Positions 20,937 through 30,020 of a stretch of 64,000 bases of DNA are shown here, in pieces (position 1 is the stretch's first letter; each line of letters begins with the position of its first letter). Where the stretch lies: NCBI GenBank assembly GCA_964482725.1, contig CAYZYT010000006.1, positions 19,777 through 83,776 on the forward strand, written 5' to 3'. The stretch is from an uncultured bacterium (lineage in GTDB: Bacteria > Omnitrophota > Omnitrophia > Omnitrophales > Aquincolibacteriaceae). A model generated the notes under the pieces. It had not been told where the DNA came from and made no database searches. It saw only the letters and a program-made list of their open reading frames with translations. Position numbers and translations under genes: made by a program.

Positions 20937-20966
20937 GGGTGACTGCCACTTGGGGTGACTGTCACT
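20937..20966. repeat. Tandem GTGACnGyCAC palindromes
   Basis: GGGTGACTGCCACTT GGGGTGACTGTCACT; similar pair at 45221-45250. Confidence 0.5.
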
Positions 20967-20985
20967 CTCCTGTCTCTAACGGGAT

Positions 20986-22935
20986 TCATATCAAACCTCC
21001 CAGCCGCTCGATCAAGGCATCTTTTTCGCGTTGAAGAACCGGTGTTGCGGGTTGCTTCAGGAGTCCTGTCATATGCTTTTCCAGGTCCGCCAGACTGCTC
21101 AAGGTCACGAGCCCGCGCTGGGCAAGGATCTGATGAAAACGGTAATGTTTACCGGGAAGCTCTCCTCCCCCGAGGCTCAGCACGATCACACGCTTGCCCG
21201 TTCCCACGGCTTCCGAGATCATGGCAAGACTGTCCTCCGTCACGATCAAAAGGTCCGCGAGCCCCATCATCCCGCCCGACGCGTAAGGCGGATTCTCTTC
21301 ATTGGCGATCACGAGAAACCGGCAAAAGGGATGCTGCAAAAGCGCCTCCTTAAGAAAACGTTCCACCGGGGCCGACGTTCGCCGGGACGTGGTGATCATA
21401 CAGTCTCCGGTGCACGGACTTGTGCTTTTCAAGATCGAAAAAAGTTTCTCCATGTCATCGACCCTCAAGTCATAGCCCCGCGTGGCACCTCCGAGAAACA
21501 CCGCCACTCTCGGCCGGACCCCGTCTCCCAGTTTCGCTCGCAGCTGGCTCACATCCGCCTCGCGATCCAAAGTTTTGTACCCGCTCGGCATGACCCCACA
21601 ACGGATCGTCCGCTTGGGGACTAGACCGCTATCATGGGCCGGCACGATCGCCAGGTCATAATGCGTCGCGGAATAGGGAAAGGGCGGATTCATGATCACG
21701 ATCTTTTTTGCCCCGGTCTCCTGCGCCAGAAGCATCTGGAGCGGAGCAAGCCCGGAACCTGCCGCGATAATATAATCGGCGTTCGCCTGCTCGATCGCTT
21801 TTTGTGTTTCCGCGGTAAAAAAGGGTGCGAGCCCATGGAGCCTTCCCTGGATCCAGGGTTTCATCAGAAAGGCCAGACAGAACAAAGCCGTCCTGTGGAA
21901 CGCCGAGCGGTATTCCACAAGGATCTTTTCTGTTTCAAATTTAAGGCCGGGACGACCGTGGAATTCCTTGAAATCCGAGAGCATCTCCGCCACCCCCTCG
22001 GATTGTTTTAAATGCCCCGCTTTCCCGTCCGAAAGGATCACGATCTTCCGATCCCAACAATACTTCCAGCGCTTATTCTCCCAAAGCCATTGGTTCGGGA
22101 ATTTCCGGATAAAACCTTCGAGCACGTCCAGGTATTGCCGGACCTGGAACTCCACGCGCGCCTGCGGCGCAAGCGAGGGATCATCTTTCAGAACCTCTTC
22201 AGCATAGACCTCGTGTTCGCGCCCACCGGTTCTCACGATAAAGAAGGGCATAATAAACGCGTCCGTGCGATGCGCCAACTGGAAAGCCCCTGTCGGGACC
22301 GTAGTCCTTCGACCAAAGAACGGCAGAAGGATCCCGTCGGTCTTGCCCGCCGATTGATCGCCCAGGACCCCGATCATTTTTTTCTCGCGAAGTGCGCGGA
22401 TCAGACCCCGGATGCCCGCGCCACGAGGGATGGAAACCGAACCGTGGCTTTCCCGAAGTTCGTTGATCAATCCGTTGATCCTCGGATATTTCTGCTCCCG
22501 CGTCAGCACGTGGATCGGCGTACCGCGAAGCCCGGACCAAACCTGCAAAAGCTCCCAGTTCCCAAAATGCGCGGTGATCAGAACCCCGCCATGCCCCGAG
22601 CGAAGAAGCGCTTCGTAACGGTCCAGGTGGTGGATCTTGACATCAAGATCGTGATGCTTGCGTTTCATCTGTTTAAAAGACATCACTTCCACGGCGGTCT
22701 GCCCCATAAAACCAAAATGATCCCGCACGGCTTTCCATCGCTCCCCGGGGGTCAGCTGCCCCCCCAGCACGGCCTTCAGATTGATGTAAGCCACGCGCCG
22801 TTTGGAGGAGACATAAAACACCCCGCGTCCCACGAGATCACCGGCCCGGAGGCTGATCGCGAACGGGATACGCTCAAAAATAAAAATGAGAGCGCGCGCT
22901 GCCAGGCAAGCGACGCGATCCAGCAGGGCTTCCAT
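20986..22935 (-). CDS. Fused LpxL-type lipid A acyltransferase + ELM1/DUF1022-like domain
   Basis: N-half TAHFGNWE, GDQ, PFFG, PNQWLWENKRWK; C-half LSDGKAGHLKQSEG, DLAIVPAHD, TTSRRT, VTEDSLAMISEA. Confidence 0.8.
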   Translation of the reverse strand: MEALLDRVACLAARALIFIFERIPFAISLRAGDLVGRGVFYVSSKRRVAYINLKAVLGGQLTPGERWKAVRDHFGFMGQTAVEVMSFKQMKRKHHDLDVKIHHLDRYEALLRSGHGGVLITAHFGNWELLQVWSGLRGTPIHVLTREQKYPRINGLINELRESHGSVSIPRGAGIRGLIRALREKKMIGVLGDQSAGKTDGILLPFFGRRTTVPTGAFQLAHRTDAFIMPFFIVRTGGREHEVYAEEVLKDDPSLAPQARVEFQVRQYLDVLEGFIRKFPNQWLWENKRWKYCWDRKIVILSDGKAGHLKQSEGVAEMLSDFKEFHGRPGLKFETEKILVEYRSAFHRTALFCLAFLMKPWIQGRLHGLAPFFTAETQKAIEQANADYIIAAGSGLAPLQMLLAQETGAKKIVIMNPPFPYSATHYDLAIVPAHDSGLVPKRTIRCGVMPSGYKTLDREADVSQLRAKLGDGVRPRVAVFLGGATRGYDLRVDDMEKLFSILKSTSPCTGDCMITTSRRTSAPVERFLKEALLQHPFCRFLVIANEENPPYASGGMMGLADLLIVTEDSLAMISEAVGTGKRVIVLSLGGGELPGKHYRFHQILAQRGLVTLSSLADLEKHMTGLLKQPATPVLQREKDALIERLGGLI

Positions 22936-22938
22936 GAA

Positions 22939-23988
22939 TTAATTCCTTACTCCGAGCAAACGGAATAGCCGGTCGGTGAGGATCTCTTCTCCCGATACCA
23001 CGCGAAGCCGCGCGGCAAGGACCAGCGGGTTGAGCGTTTCTGTGATCAGCTCACGGGAACGGTAAAAATCTTTTTCCGTCGTGATGATCTCTTCGGCCCC
23101 GGCGGATTGCGCAACTTCCTTGATCTTCAAAAGCTCTTCCCGGGTGTATTCATGGTGATCCAGAAATTCAAAGTTCCGGACGGTCTTGAGCTGAAAACGC
23201 TGCAAGACGAGCTGAAAGGACCTCGGCGTCCCTACCGCCGCGAAAGTTGCGACGCGCCGGCCGGCCATCTTTTCGATCACGGTCCGGACTTTGGTCTTGG
23301 CACGATAAAGGAAGAGCACTTCCATCATCGTCTCGACGATTTGCGCCTGCGGCGCCAGGGCCGCGATCTTTTCCCTGAGTTTTTTGAGCTCTTCGGGACT
23401 CACAAGATTTACGTGGGTGAGCACGAGGATGGCGGCACGCTTCAGGACCTCGAGCGGTTCGCGCAAAATACCCCGGGGGATGAGTTTCCCATTGCCGAAG
23501 GGGTTCAACGAATTGACGACCACGATGTCGACATCCCGGTGAAGGACTTGATGCTGAAGCCCATCGTCGAGAATGGCAATATCCACATGCCGCTTTTCGT
23601 CTTTCACGCGCTGCGCGACCTTCGCACGATCCTTACCGACACCAATGACGGCCGTCGGAAGATGATTCTGAAGTTCCAGGGCCTCATCATGGCTGTAACC
23701 GCGCATGAGGACCAGGGGCACGCGCCGGTGCATCCCGATCTTGCGCGCGAGATATTCCACGAAAGGCGTTTTACCTGTGCCGCCCCAGGTCAGATTCCCG
23801 ACGCTGATCACCGGATACGGAAGCCGCTTGCGTGCCAGGACCTTGCGTTCATAAAGCCCGCGGAACACCCGAACCCCGTGACCGTACCCCCAGGCTGCGA
23901 GAGAAAGAAGCCCGGTGAGCACTCCGTTCGTCGGGTCATTTTGTTTGTCCTCCGCCAGGAGACGAAAGTAATTCTTCATGCTGTCCAT
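22939..23988 (-). CDS. lpxK: Tetraacyldisaccharide 4'-kinase
   Basis: ISVGNLTWGGTGKTP, LDDGLQH, PRGILREP, FLDHH, TTEKD. Confidence 0.93.
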   Translation of the reverse strand: MDSMKNYFRLLAEDKQNDPTNGVLTGLLSLAAWGYGHGVRVFRGLYERKVLARKRLPYPVISVGNLTWGGTGKTPFVEYLARKIGMHRRVPLVLMRGYSHDEALELQNHLPTAVIGVGKDRAKVAQRVKDEKRHVDIAILDDGLQHQVLHRDVDIVVVNSLNPFGNGKLIPRGILREPLEVLKRAAILVLTHVNLVSPEELKKLREKIAALAPQAQIVETMMEVLFLYRAKTKVRTVIEKMAGRRVATFAAVGTPRSFQLVLQRFQLKTVRNFEFLDHHEYTREELLKIKEVAQSAGAEEIITTEKDFYRSRELITETLNPLVLAARLRVVSGEEILTDRLFRLLGVRN

Positions 23989-25306
23989 TGATTGTGATCC
24001 TTTCTTGAGGGCGCCGGCTTCTAAGGAACGTCAGGATCCACCCGGCCTGACGTTTGCTGGCACCCCGTAAACGGTTGACGATCTGAAAAGCCTTTTGTCC
24101 CATCTCATGACGCCTGCCCTCATTCGCGAGGAGCTCCGCCGCCGCGGACGACAGTTCGTCCGGAGCCGAGATCCTGAGAGCACCACCGTCATGATCGAGC
24201 TGGTGGTAGATCTTGTGAAAGTTAAAAACATGCACTCCATGGAGTATTGCTTTGCTAAAACGCGCGGGCTCGATCGGGTTCTGACCTCCGTGAGGGATCA
24301 GGCTCCCGCCCATGAACACAAGGTCCGCGATTCCGTACAGATTCTTGAGAACGCCTAACTGGTCCAGCACTAGCACTGCCGGCTCCGGACCTTCTTTTTT
24401 CTTCATCGATGACGCCACGCTAAAACCGTATTTCCCTAATAACTTTAAAAGCCCCTCGGACCGCTCGATATGGCGTGGCGCGAGGATCAACTTCAGTCCC
24501 GGGAACCGTTCGCGCAACGCCTTAAAAGCGACCATGATCATTGCTTCTTCCCCCGGATGCGTGCTGCCCGCGATCCACACAAGATCCCCGGAGTGATACC
24601 CCCAGGCTTCCCGAAGACCCGCCGTATCGTCGGCCCTGTCCGCAGACCATTCTGCCTGGTCAAACTTCAGGTTCCCCATATCCCGCACCGCTTCTTCCGC
24701 AATGCCCAGTCCTCTGAAACGGACGGCATCTTCTTCGGACTGTGCGAGCACAAAATCGAGCTTTCCCCACAAAGGCTTGAAAAGCCAGGGAACGCTCTTG
24801 TACCTTTTAAACGAACGCTTCGACAGCCGGGCGTTGACCACCCCCACCGGGATATCCCGACGCTTAGCTTCGGTCAAAAGATTCGGCCAGATCTCCGTCT
24901 CCACAAGCAACAAACAAACCGGTTTAAAAAGATCGAGAAAACGCTTCACGACGGGAGTCAAGTCGAATGGAAAATAACAGACATGCACTCGTTCGCCCGA
25001 AAATTTTTTGGCGATCCTCTGTCCGGTCGGCGTCACGGTCGTCAGCAAAAGTTCATATTCCGTGGCGGTGGCTAGCCATTCCTCGATGAACTTTTCGACG
25101 GCCATCACTTCCCCCACGCTTACCGCATGAAGCCAGACCACCTTCTTCCCGGCGAATTTTCCGGCCCAGTCCTCCGGAAATATCCCCCGGCGTTCCCGCC
25201 AAAGCGCCTTCGAGTCTTCGGCTTGGCGAAGTTTGGCCCAAAAAATCGGGGCATAAAAGATCGCGAACGCTATGAATGCCAGGTTGTATAAAAAGGTTCT
25301 TAACAT
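23936..25306 (-). CDS. waaA: KDO transferase
   Basis: WLHAVSVGE, ETEIWPN, NARLS, AGSTHPGEE, APRHIER, GGSL..HGGQNPIEP. Confidence 0.95.
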   Translation of the reverse strand: MLRTFLYNLAFIAFAIFYAPIFWAKLRQAEDSKALWRERRGIFPEDWAGKFAGKKVVWLHAVSVGEVMAVEKFIEEWLATATEYELLLTTVTPTGQRIAKKFSGERVHVCYFPFDLTPVVKRFLDLFKPVCLLLVETEIWPNLLTEAKRRDIPVGVVNARLSKRSFKRYKSVPWLFKPLWGKLDFVLAQSEEDAVRFRGLGIAEEAVRDMGNLKFDQAEWSADRADDTAGLREAWGYHSGDLVWIAGSTHPGEEAMIMVAFKALRERFPGLKLILAPRHIERSEGLLKLLGKYGFSVASSMKKKEGPEPAVLVLDQLGVLKNLYGIADLVFMGGSLIPHGGQNPIEPARFSKAILHGVHVFNFHKIYHQLDHDGGALRISAPDELSSAAAELLANEGRRHEMGQKAFQIVNRLRGASKRQAGWILTFLRSRRPQERITINGQHEELLSSPGGGQTK

Positions 25307-25338
25307 ATCGATGTCCCTGCCGCTATCGCGGTTTTTTT

Positions 25339-25416
25339 GTCATTCCCGCATGCTTTAAGCGGGAATCCATTTTTATTTCTCGCTCTGGATCCCCGACAAC
25401 AACATTCGGGGATGAC
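25339..25416. repeat. REP-like A+B hairpin doublet (gene-less copy) between xerC and waaA
   Basis: GTCATTCCCGCATGCTTTAAGCGGGAATCCAT-14 nt-CTGGATCCCCGACAACAACATTCGGGGATGAC. Confidence 0.85.
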
Positions 25417-25436
25417 TCTTCGCAAAAAGCGCTCGG

Positions 25437-26315
25437 TCACGCCCTCGGATGCGCCGACGCGTAAGCCTCTTTAAGGCGCTGGGTCGTCACATGCGTGTAG
25501 ATCTGCGTGGTCGAAAGGTTCGCGTGCCCCAAAAGTTCCTGAACGCTCCTGAGGTCCGCCCCGCGATCGAGCATATGGGTCGCGAAAGAATGGCGGAACG
25601 TGTGAGGCGAGATCTCTTTCCCGAGCCCCGTCCTCTTCACATATTTCAAGACCATGCGCCGGACACTCCGGTCCGTCAGTCGACTCCCGATCCGGCTGAT
25701 AAAAAGAGGTTTTTTTATTGCGCTCGCATTTTCTCGCGGCGCCTTCATATCCCAATAAGCCCGCAGGCTGTTCAAGGCGGCCTGTCCCACGGGCACGATG
25801 CGCTCTTTTTTCCCTTTGCCTCGCACGCGGACCAGACCCCCAAAAAAATCCAGATCGTCATGATTGAGCCCCGCGAGTTCGCTCACCCGGAGCCCGGAGC
25901 TGTAAAGCATCTCCAAGATCGACTTATCGCGCTTTTCCTCCCAAGAGTTTTTGGCCGGAGCGTCGAGAAGTTTGGCGATCTCATCGGGATTCATGAAAGA
26001 AGGAAGCCTTTTTTCTTTTTTGGGGGTCGCGATCCCCGCCGCAGGATTTTGCGTCAGGATATTCTCGCGCACCAGATATTTGAAGAACGAACGAAGGCAG
26101 GCGAGCTTTCTGGAAATCGAGCTTTTACTGTATTCGCGGGTCTTAAGAAAGGCTAAAAAAGAGCGGATATCAAGATAAGTCAGACCCGGAAGCTCTTTCT
26201 CTGCAATGAATTTTGCGAATTCCCGGAGATCGATCCCGTAATTTTTAGTCGTATGTTCCGAGGCGCCCTTTTCGGTCGCGAGAAAACTCAAAAAATCTTC
26301 TGCCTGCTTATTCAT
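25437..26315 (-). CDS. xerC: Tyrosine recombinase XerC (start reassigned to 26315)
   Basis: RDKSILEMLYSSGLRVSEL, GKGKKER, SPHTFRHSFATH, LLGHANLSTTQIYTHV; follows topA. Confidence 0.88.
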   Translation of the reverse strand: MNKQAEDFLSFLATEKGASEHTTKNYGIDLREFAKFIAEKELPGLTYLDIRSFLAFLKTREYSKSSISRKLACLRSFFKYLVRENILTQNPAAGIATPKKEKRLPSFMNPDEIAKLLDAPAKNSWEEKRDKSILEMLYSSGLRVSELAGLNHDDLDFFGGLVRVRGKGKKERIVPVGQAALNSLRAYWDMKAPRENASAIKKPLFISRIGSRLTDRSVRRMVLKYVKRTGLGKEISPHTFRHSFATHMLDRGADLRSVQELLGHANLSTTQIYTHVTTQRLKEAYASAHPRA

Positions 26316-26325
26316 GCTCGGGAAC

Positions 26326-28455
26326 TCACGGGGCTTCGGAGGAAGCTTCGGCGGCATCTTCTTTTTTCGGCAGCTCATTGACCGCATATTTACAGGTCGG
26401 ATAATGGGAACAACCGTAAAATGCCGCACGCCCTTTGGCCCGTCGCTTCAGAAGTTCTCCTCCGCAACCCGGCTCCGGACAAAAGAAACCGGTCGGCAGG
26501 GAACGCGTGTATTTGCATTCGGGGAACCCAGAGCAGGCCATGAATTTGCCGAACCGTCCGAACTTAATGAAGACCTGCTTGCCGCACAGATCGCATTTGT
26601 AATCCGTGGGGATGGGCGCTTGCTTGACGCTTTTCATTTCGGTCTGTGCGCGCTCCAAAAATTCTCCGAAGGGCTCATAAAAATCCTTCAGGACTTTCAC
26701 CCACTCCATTTTCCCTTCCTCGATCTCATCGAGCTCCGCTTCCATAAGCGCCGTAAACTTCGCATCCAGGATCGTCGGGAAATGCTTGACCAAAATATCC
26801 ACGACCGTTTCGCCCAGTTCGGTCGGCATGAGGGCGCCCCCCTTTCGTTCCGCGTAAACCCGCCCCAGGATCGTTGAGATCGTCGGGGCATAAGTGCTGG
26901 GGCGGCCGATGCCTTCTTCTTCCAGCAGCTTGATCAAACTCGCGTCGTTGAATCGGGGCGGTGCTTTTGTAAAATGCTGTTCGCCCAAAAGCTCCAGCAG
27001 CGACAGATTCTGACCGACCTTCAGATCGGGCAGTTCGACCACTTCCGGCGTTTCTTCTTCGCTCTCCTTGGAAGAGTCCTTTTCAACCTTGATCTCACCA
27101 AACGCAGCCGTAAAGCCTAAAAAAAGACTCCGCTTACCGGTCGTGCGAAATTCGTAGGCCCCTCCGGCCTGGATCGAAATCGTGGTGTGCTCATCGATCG
27201 AAGGCACCATCTGGGACGACAAGAATTTCCTCCAGATCATTTCGTAGAGTTTTAGCTCATCGCTTTCAAGGAAATCTTTCACCGAATCCGGAATGCGAAA
27301 GGCCGAGGTCGGACGAACGGCCTCGTGAGCTTCTTGCGCGCCCTTGCGGGATTTGTAAATCGTTGGTTTTTCGGGGAGATAATCTTTTCCGAATTTCTCG
27401 CAGATGTACCGCGCGGCTTCCTCTTGGGCAGAAACAGCAACATTCACAGAATCCGTTCTCATGTACGTAATGAGACCGACGCTCCCTTCTTCTCCGAGCT
27501 CCACACCTTCATAAAGTTTCTGAGCAATGCGCATCGTATTGGCCGCCGAGAACCCGAGCCGGCTGTAGGCTTCCTGCTGGAGCTTGCTTGTGGTATAGGG
27601 GGCCTGCGGTTTGCGACGCTTTTCGGTCTTTTCAATGTTTGAGACCTGGAAAGGAAGCTGCTGAAGCTCCTGCTTGATCCGGTCGATCTCGCCCTGGTTC
27701 TTAAGCTCGGGTTTTACCTTATCAATCCGCGTGAGGCGAGAAAGAAAAAATTTCGAATGCTCGGGACCTTCGGAAGCGGCAAGCTTCGCATCCAGCGTCC
27801 AGTATTCTTGCGAAACGAATTTCCGGATCTCACGCTCGCGATCCACGATAAACCGAAGTGCCACGGACTGCACCCGCCCCGCGCTGAGTCCCCGCCCGAC
27901 ATTACGCCAAAGGAGCGGGCTCAATTGATACCCGACCACACGATCCAGAATACGACGCGCCTGTTGGGCATTCACAAGATTCATGTCGATCGCGCGAGGA
28001 TGGTCAAAAGCCTTGAGGACAGCTTCTTTGGTGATCTCATTAAATTCCACCCGGAGGATCTTCGGACCATGGCCTTCTTCCGAAAAGATATGGGCCAGGT
28101 GCCAGCTGATGGCTTCGCCTTCCCGGTCCGGATCGGGCGCGACGTAAATAGTTTCTTTATCCCGGGCGTCTTTCTTGAGCTGCTTGACCGTTTTGAGAGC
28201 ACGGCGAATGATGATGTATTCCGGGGCGAAATCATGCTCGATATCCACGGCCATCCGGCTTTTCGGAAGGTCCCGAACATGGCCCATGGACGCTACGACC
28301 TGGAAATCCTTGCCAAGGAACTTATTGATGGTTTTAGCCTTGGCCGGCGATTCCACGATCACCAGATGCTTGGGCCCATTTGAAGACTTGACGGACTTAG
28401 CCGCTTTGGGTTTCTTAACGGCTTTGACTCCCTTTTTTGCTTTTACTTTCGCCAC
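26326..28455 (-). CDS. topA: DNA topoisomerase I
   Basis: LVIVESPAKAKTI, DPDREGEAI, SAGRVQS, GLITYMRTDS, QEAHEA, GIGRPSTYA, C-terminal zinc ribbons. Confidence 0.97.
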   Translation of the reverse strand: MAKVKAKKGVKAVKKPKAAKSVKSSNGPKHLVIVESPAKAKTINKFLGKDFQVVASMGHVRDLPKSRMAVDIEHDFAPEYIIIRRALKTVKQLKKDARDKETIYVAPDPDREGEAISWHLAHIFSEEGHGPKILRVEFNEITKEAVLKAFDHPRAIDMNLVNAQQARRILDRVVGYQLSPLLWRNVGRGLSAGRVQSVALRFIVDREREIRKFVSQEYWTLDAKLAASEGPEHSKFFLSRLTRIDKVKPELKNQGEIDRIKQELQQLPFQVSNIEKTEKRRKPQAPYTTSKLQQEAYSRLGFSAANTMRIAQKLYEGVELGEEGSVGLITYMRTDSVNVAVSAQEEAARYICEKFGKDYLPEKPTIYKSRKGAQEAHEAVRPTSAFRIPDSVKDFLESDELKLYEMIWRKFLSSQMVPSIDEHTTISIQAGGAYEFRTTGKRSLFLGFTAAFGEIKVEKDSSKESEEETPEVVELPDLKVGQNLSLLELLGEQHFTKAPPRFNDASLIKLLEEEGIGRPSTYAPTISTILGRVYAERKGGALMPTELGETVVDILVKHFPTILDAKFTALMEAELDEIEEGKMEWVKVLKDFYEPFGEFLERAQTEMKSVKQAPIPTDYKCDLCGKQVFIKFGRFGKFMACSGFPECKYTRSLPTGFFCPEPGCGGELLKRRAKGRAAFYGCSHYPTCKYAVNELPKKEDAAEASSEAP

Positions 28456-28468
28456 AAGAACTCCTTGG

Positions 28469-28562
28469 TAAGTTATAAGTCATAAGAAAGCGTTAAGCAT
28501 TAAGCGGTAAGCGCTAAGTTAAGCCTGTTCCCTCCCGCTTAGCGCTTACAGCTTATCGCCTG
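28469..28562. repeat. Inverted heptamer array (TAAGCGN / NCGCTTA) in the topA leader
   Basis: TAAGTTA TAAGTCA ... TAAGCAT TAAGCGG TAAGCGC - spacer - CCGCTTA GCGCTTA CAGCTTA. Confidence 0.75.
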
Positions 28563-28577
28563 CTTTCAAGAGATGGG

Positions 28578-28606
28578 ATTCTAAACAAAATGCGGGAGAT
28601 TGTAAA
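28578..28606 (-). promoter_or_regulatory. Sigma70-type promoter for topA-xerC
   Basis: TTTACA-17 nt-TAGAAT. Confidence 0.65.
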
Positions 28607-28793
28607 CCGCAAGTTTATCGGACGCTTGTAACCCGTTTAACAAAAAAGGGTTAAGAGAATTGATGCGCCGCCAGGCTTCACCCCATCCCCACACCTTTAA
28701 ACACCGGAAAACTCCCTGCAAAGGACAGGGCCACGAACCTGTAAAATCGAAAGTCCTTTAGCGCTAAGAATACCCTTCAAAAAATCTCCTCCG

Positions 28794-29189
28794 CTAAGAA
28801 ATTTGCTCCCAGGGATCGTCTTTGGGTTTGACATTGGCCGGAGGCGCCTTTTTGAAATTACCGTGGGAAAGCTTATAAAGAGACTCGAGTTCCATGATCT
28901 GAGAATCCCGTACCGCTTCTTTTTCAACACGGCGAACCAAACGTTTCAACGCCCCGAGACGAATACCAAGATTCTCGATACAAAGCGTGGTCAGAAGCCG
29001 CGCCAGGATGTTCACATGAACTTCAATGCCTGTCAGGCGATCCTCTGCCCGTTCCCCGCCCTCAGCCACCTTGCCCATTTCCTTTTTGAGATCCGCGAGC
29101 TTCGTATAAAGGGAAAGGACCTCTTTGAGAGTCCCCCCGGCCCTTTTGCTGGCAAGCTTTCTCTTCTTCGAATGTTTTCGTTTGGCCAT
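28794..29189 (-). CDS. Hypothetical basic, helical/coiled-coil protein
   Basis: Fills an intergenic gap co-oriented with neighbours; MAKRKHSKKRK N-terminus; no family recognised. Confidence 0.6.
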   Translation of the reverse strand: MAKRKHSKKRKLASKRAGGTLKEVLSLYTKLADLKKEMGKVAEGGERAEDRLTGIEVHVNILARLLTTLCIENLGIRLGALKRLVRRVEKEAVRDSQIMELESLYKLSHGNFKKAPPANVKPKDDPWEQIS

Positions 29190-29301
29190 AGCCTTTATCT
29201 CGTTAAACAAAGTTTAGCACATCGGTCTTGTTCGTGTGCCCCGAAGCATGAGCGCAATGGTTAACGCACAGCATAAAAGTGTTGAACCCATCGTTGCGCA
29301 C

Positions 29302-29342
29302 AAAAAAATCCTCCTCCGCGGTCGCCCACAGAGGAGGATCTT
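29302..29342 (-). terminator. Rho-independent terminator after the RDD gene
   Basis: ATCCTCCTC/GAGGAGGAT stem followed by a T7 run on the minus strand. Confidence 0.7.
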
Positions 29343-29368
29343 CAAAAATCAATAAATCTTAACAGTGT

Positions 29369-29758
29369 TTAGACTTCAACGACCTGTGTCTTGGCCCAAT
29401 TGTCCGCAAGGCGATGCCCCTTGATGATCAGCATCACAATCTCGACAAGATACCCGACCACAAGCACGAACGGAATGATCAGAAGAATGTTCCGGATCAA
29501 AGCCTGGAGCCACGTAACTTTCTGCCCCGCAAGGCTGACAATCTTGATCTTGACCATCGCCCGTCCCGGAGAATAAACCGCATCGCGGAACACCAACCAG
29601 ATGATGTTAACGATCACGAGCACGATGCTGCGCACCATGTCCGGAGCCGCCAAAAGAACCAAACCGATTACAACCCCAAGAACGATGGGAATAACGACCA
29701 GGTCGATCAGACCCGCCGCAAACCTCTTCCCCTTACTTGCCGGCACCAATCCTTCCAT
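29369..29758 (-). CDS. RDD-family membrane protein
   Basis: KRFAAGLID, SPGRAMVKIKIV, ALIRN, HRLADNWAKTQVV. Confidence 0.85.
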   Translation of the reverse strand: MEGLVPASKGKRFAAGLIDLVVIPIVLGVVIGLVLLAAPDMVRSIVLVIVNIIWLVFRDAVYSPGRAMVKIKIVSLAGQKVTWLQALIRNILLIIPFVLVVGYLVEIVMLIIKGHRLADNWAKTQVVEV

Positions 29759-29816
29759 CTTTGACTCCTTTCGTTGAAAGAACTTTTTCCTTTAACAAGA
29801 CATGGTTTCATATGAA

Positions 29817-29845
29817 ACTCTATAGAGGAAACACCCGTCTGTCAA
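29817..29845 (-). promoter_or_regulatory. Sigma70-type promoter for the RDD gene
   Basis: TTGACA-17 nt-TAGAGT. Confidence 0.5.
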
Positions 29846-29918
29846 AACCTTTTCTGCTGAATCGCCCTACTAATAACGGCCTCCCTGCGCCGGAGCTTAA
29901 CGGACGAAAACAGCAAAA

Positions 29919-29966
29919 GTCACAAGGTCTCCCAGTCACCATGAGCACAAGGCACAAAGCTCAAAG
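29919..29966. repeat. Left arm: octamer (GTCACAAG-like) plus heptamer (GCACAAG-like) units
   Basis: GTCACAAG GTCTCCCA GTCACCAT then GCACAAG GCACAAA GCTCAAA. Confidence 0.55.
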
Positions 29967-30020
29967 CGAAGCGGAGCAGGATTATCTCTCCCTTGTCCCG
30001 CGGAGACCGCATAAAACGCT

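Noticed and set aside
25310-25436. dif site near xerC
   Set aside because: No XerC/XerD arm consensus was seen; the interval is occupied by the REP doublet.
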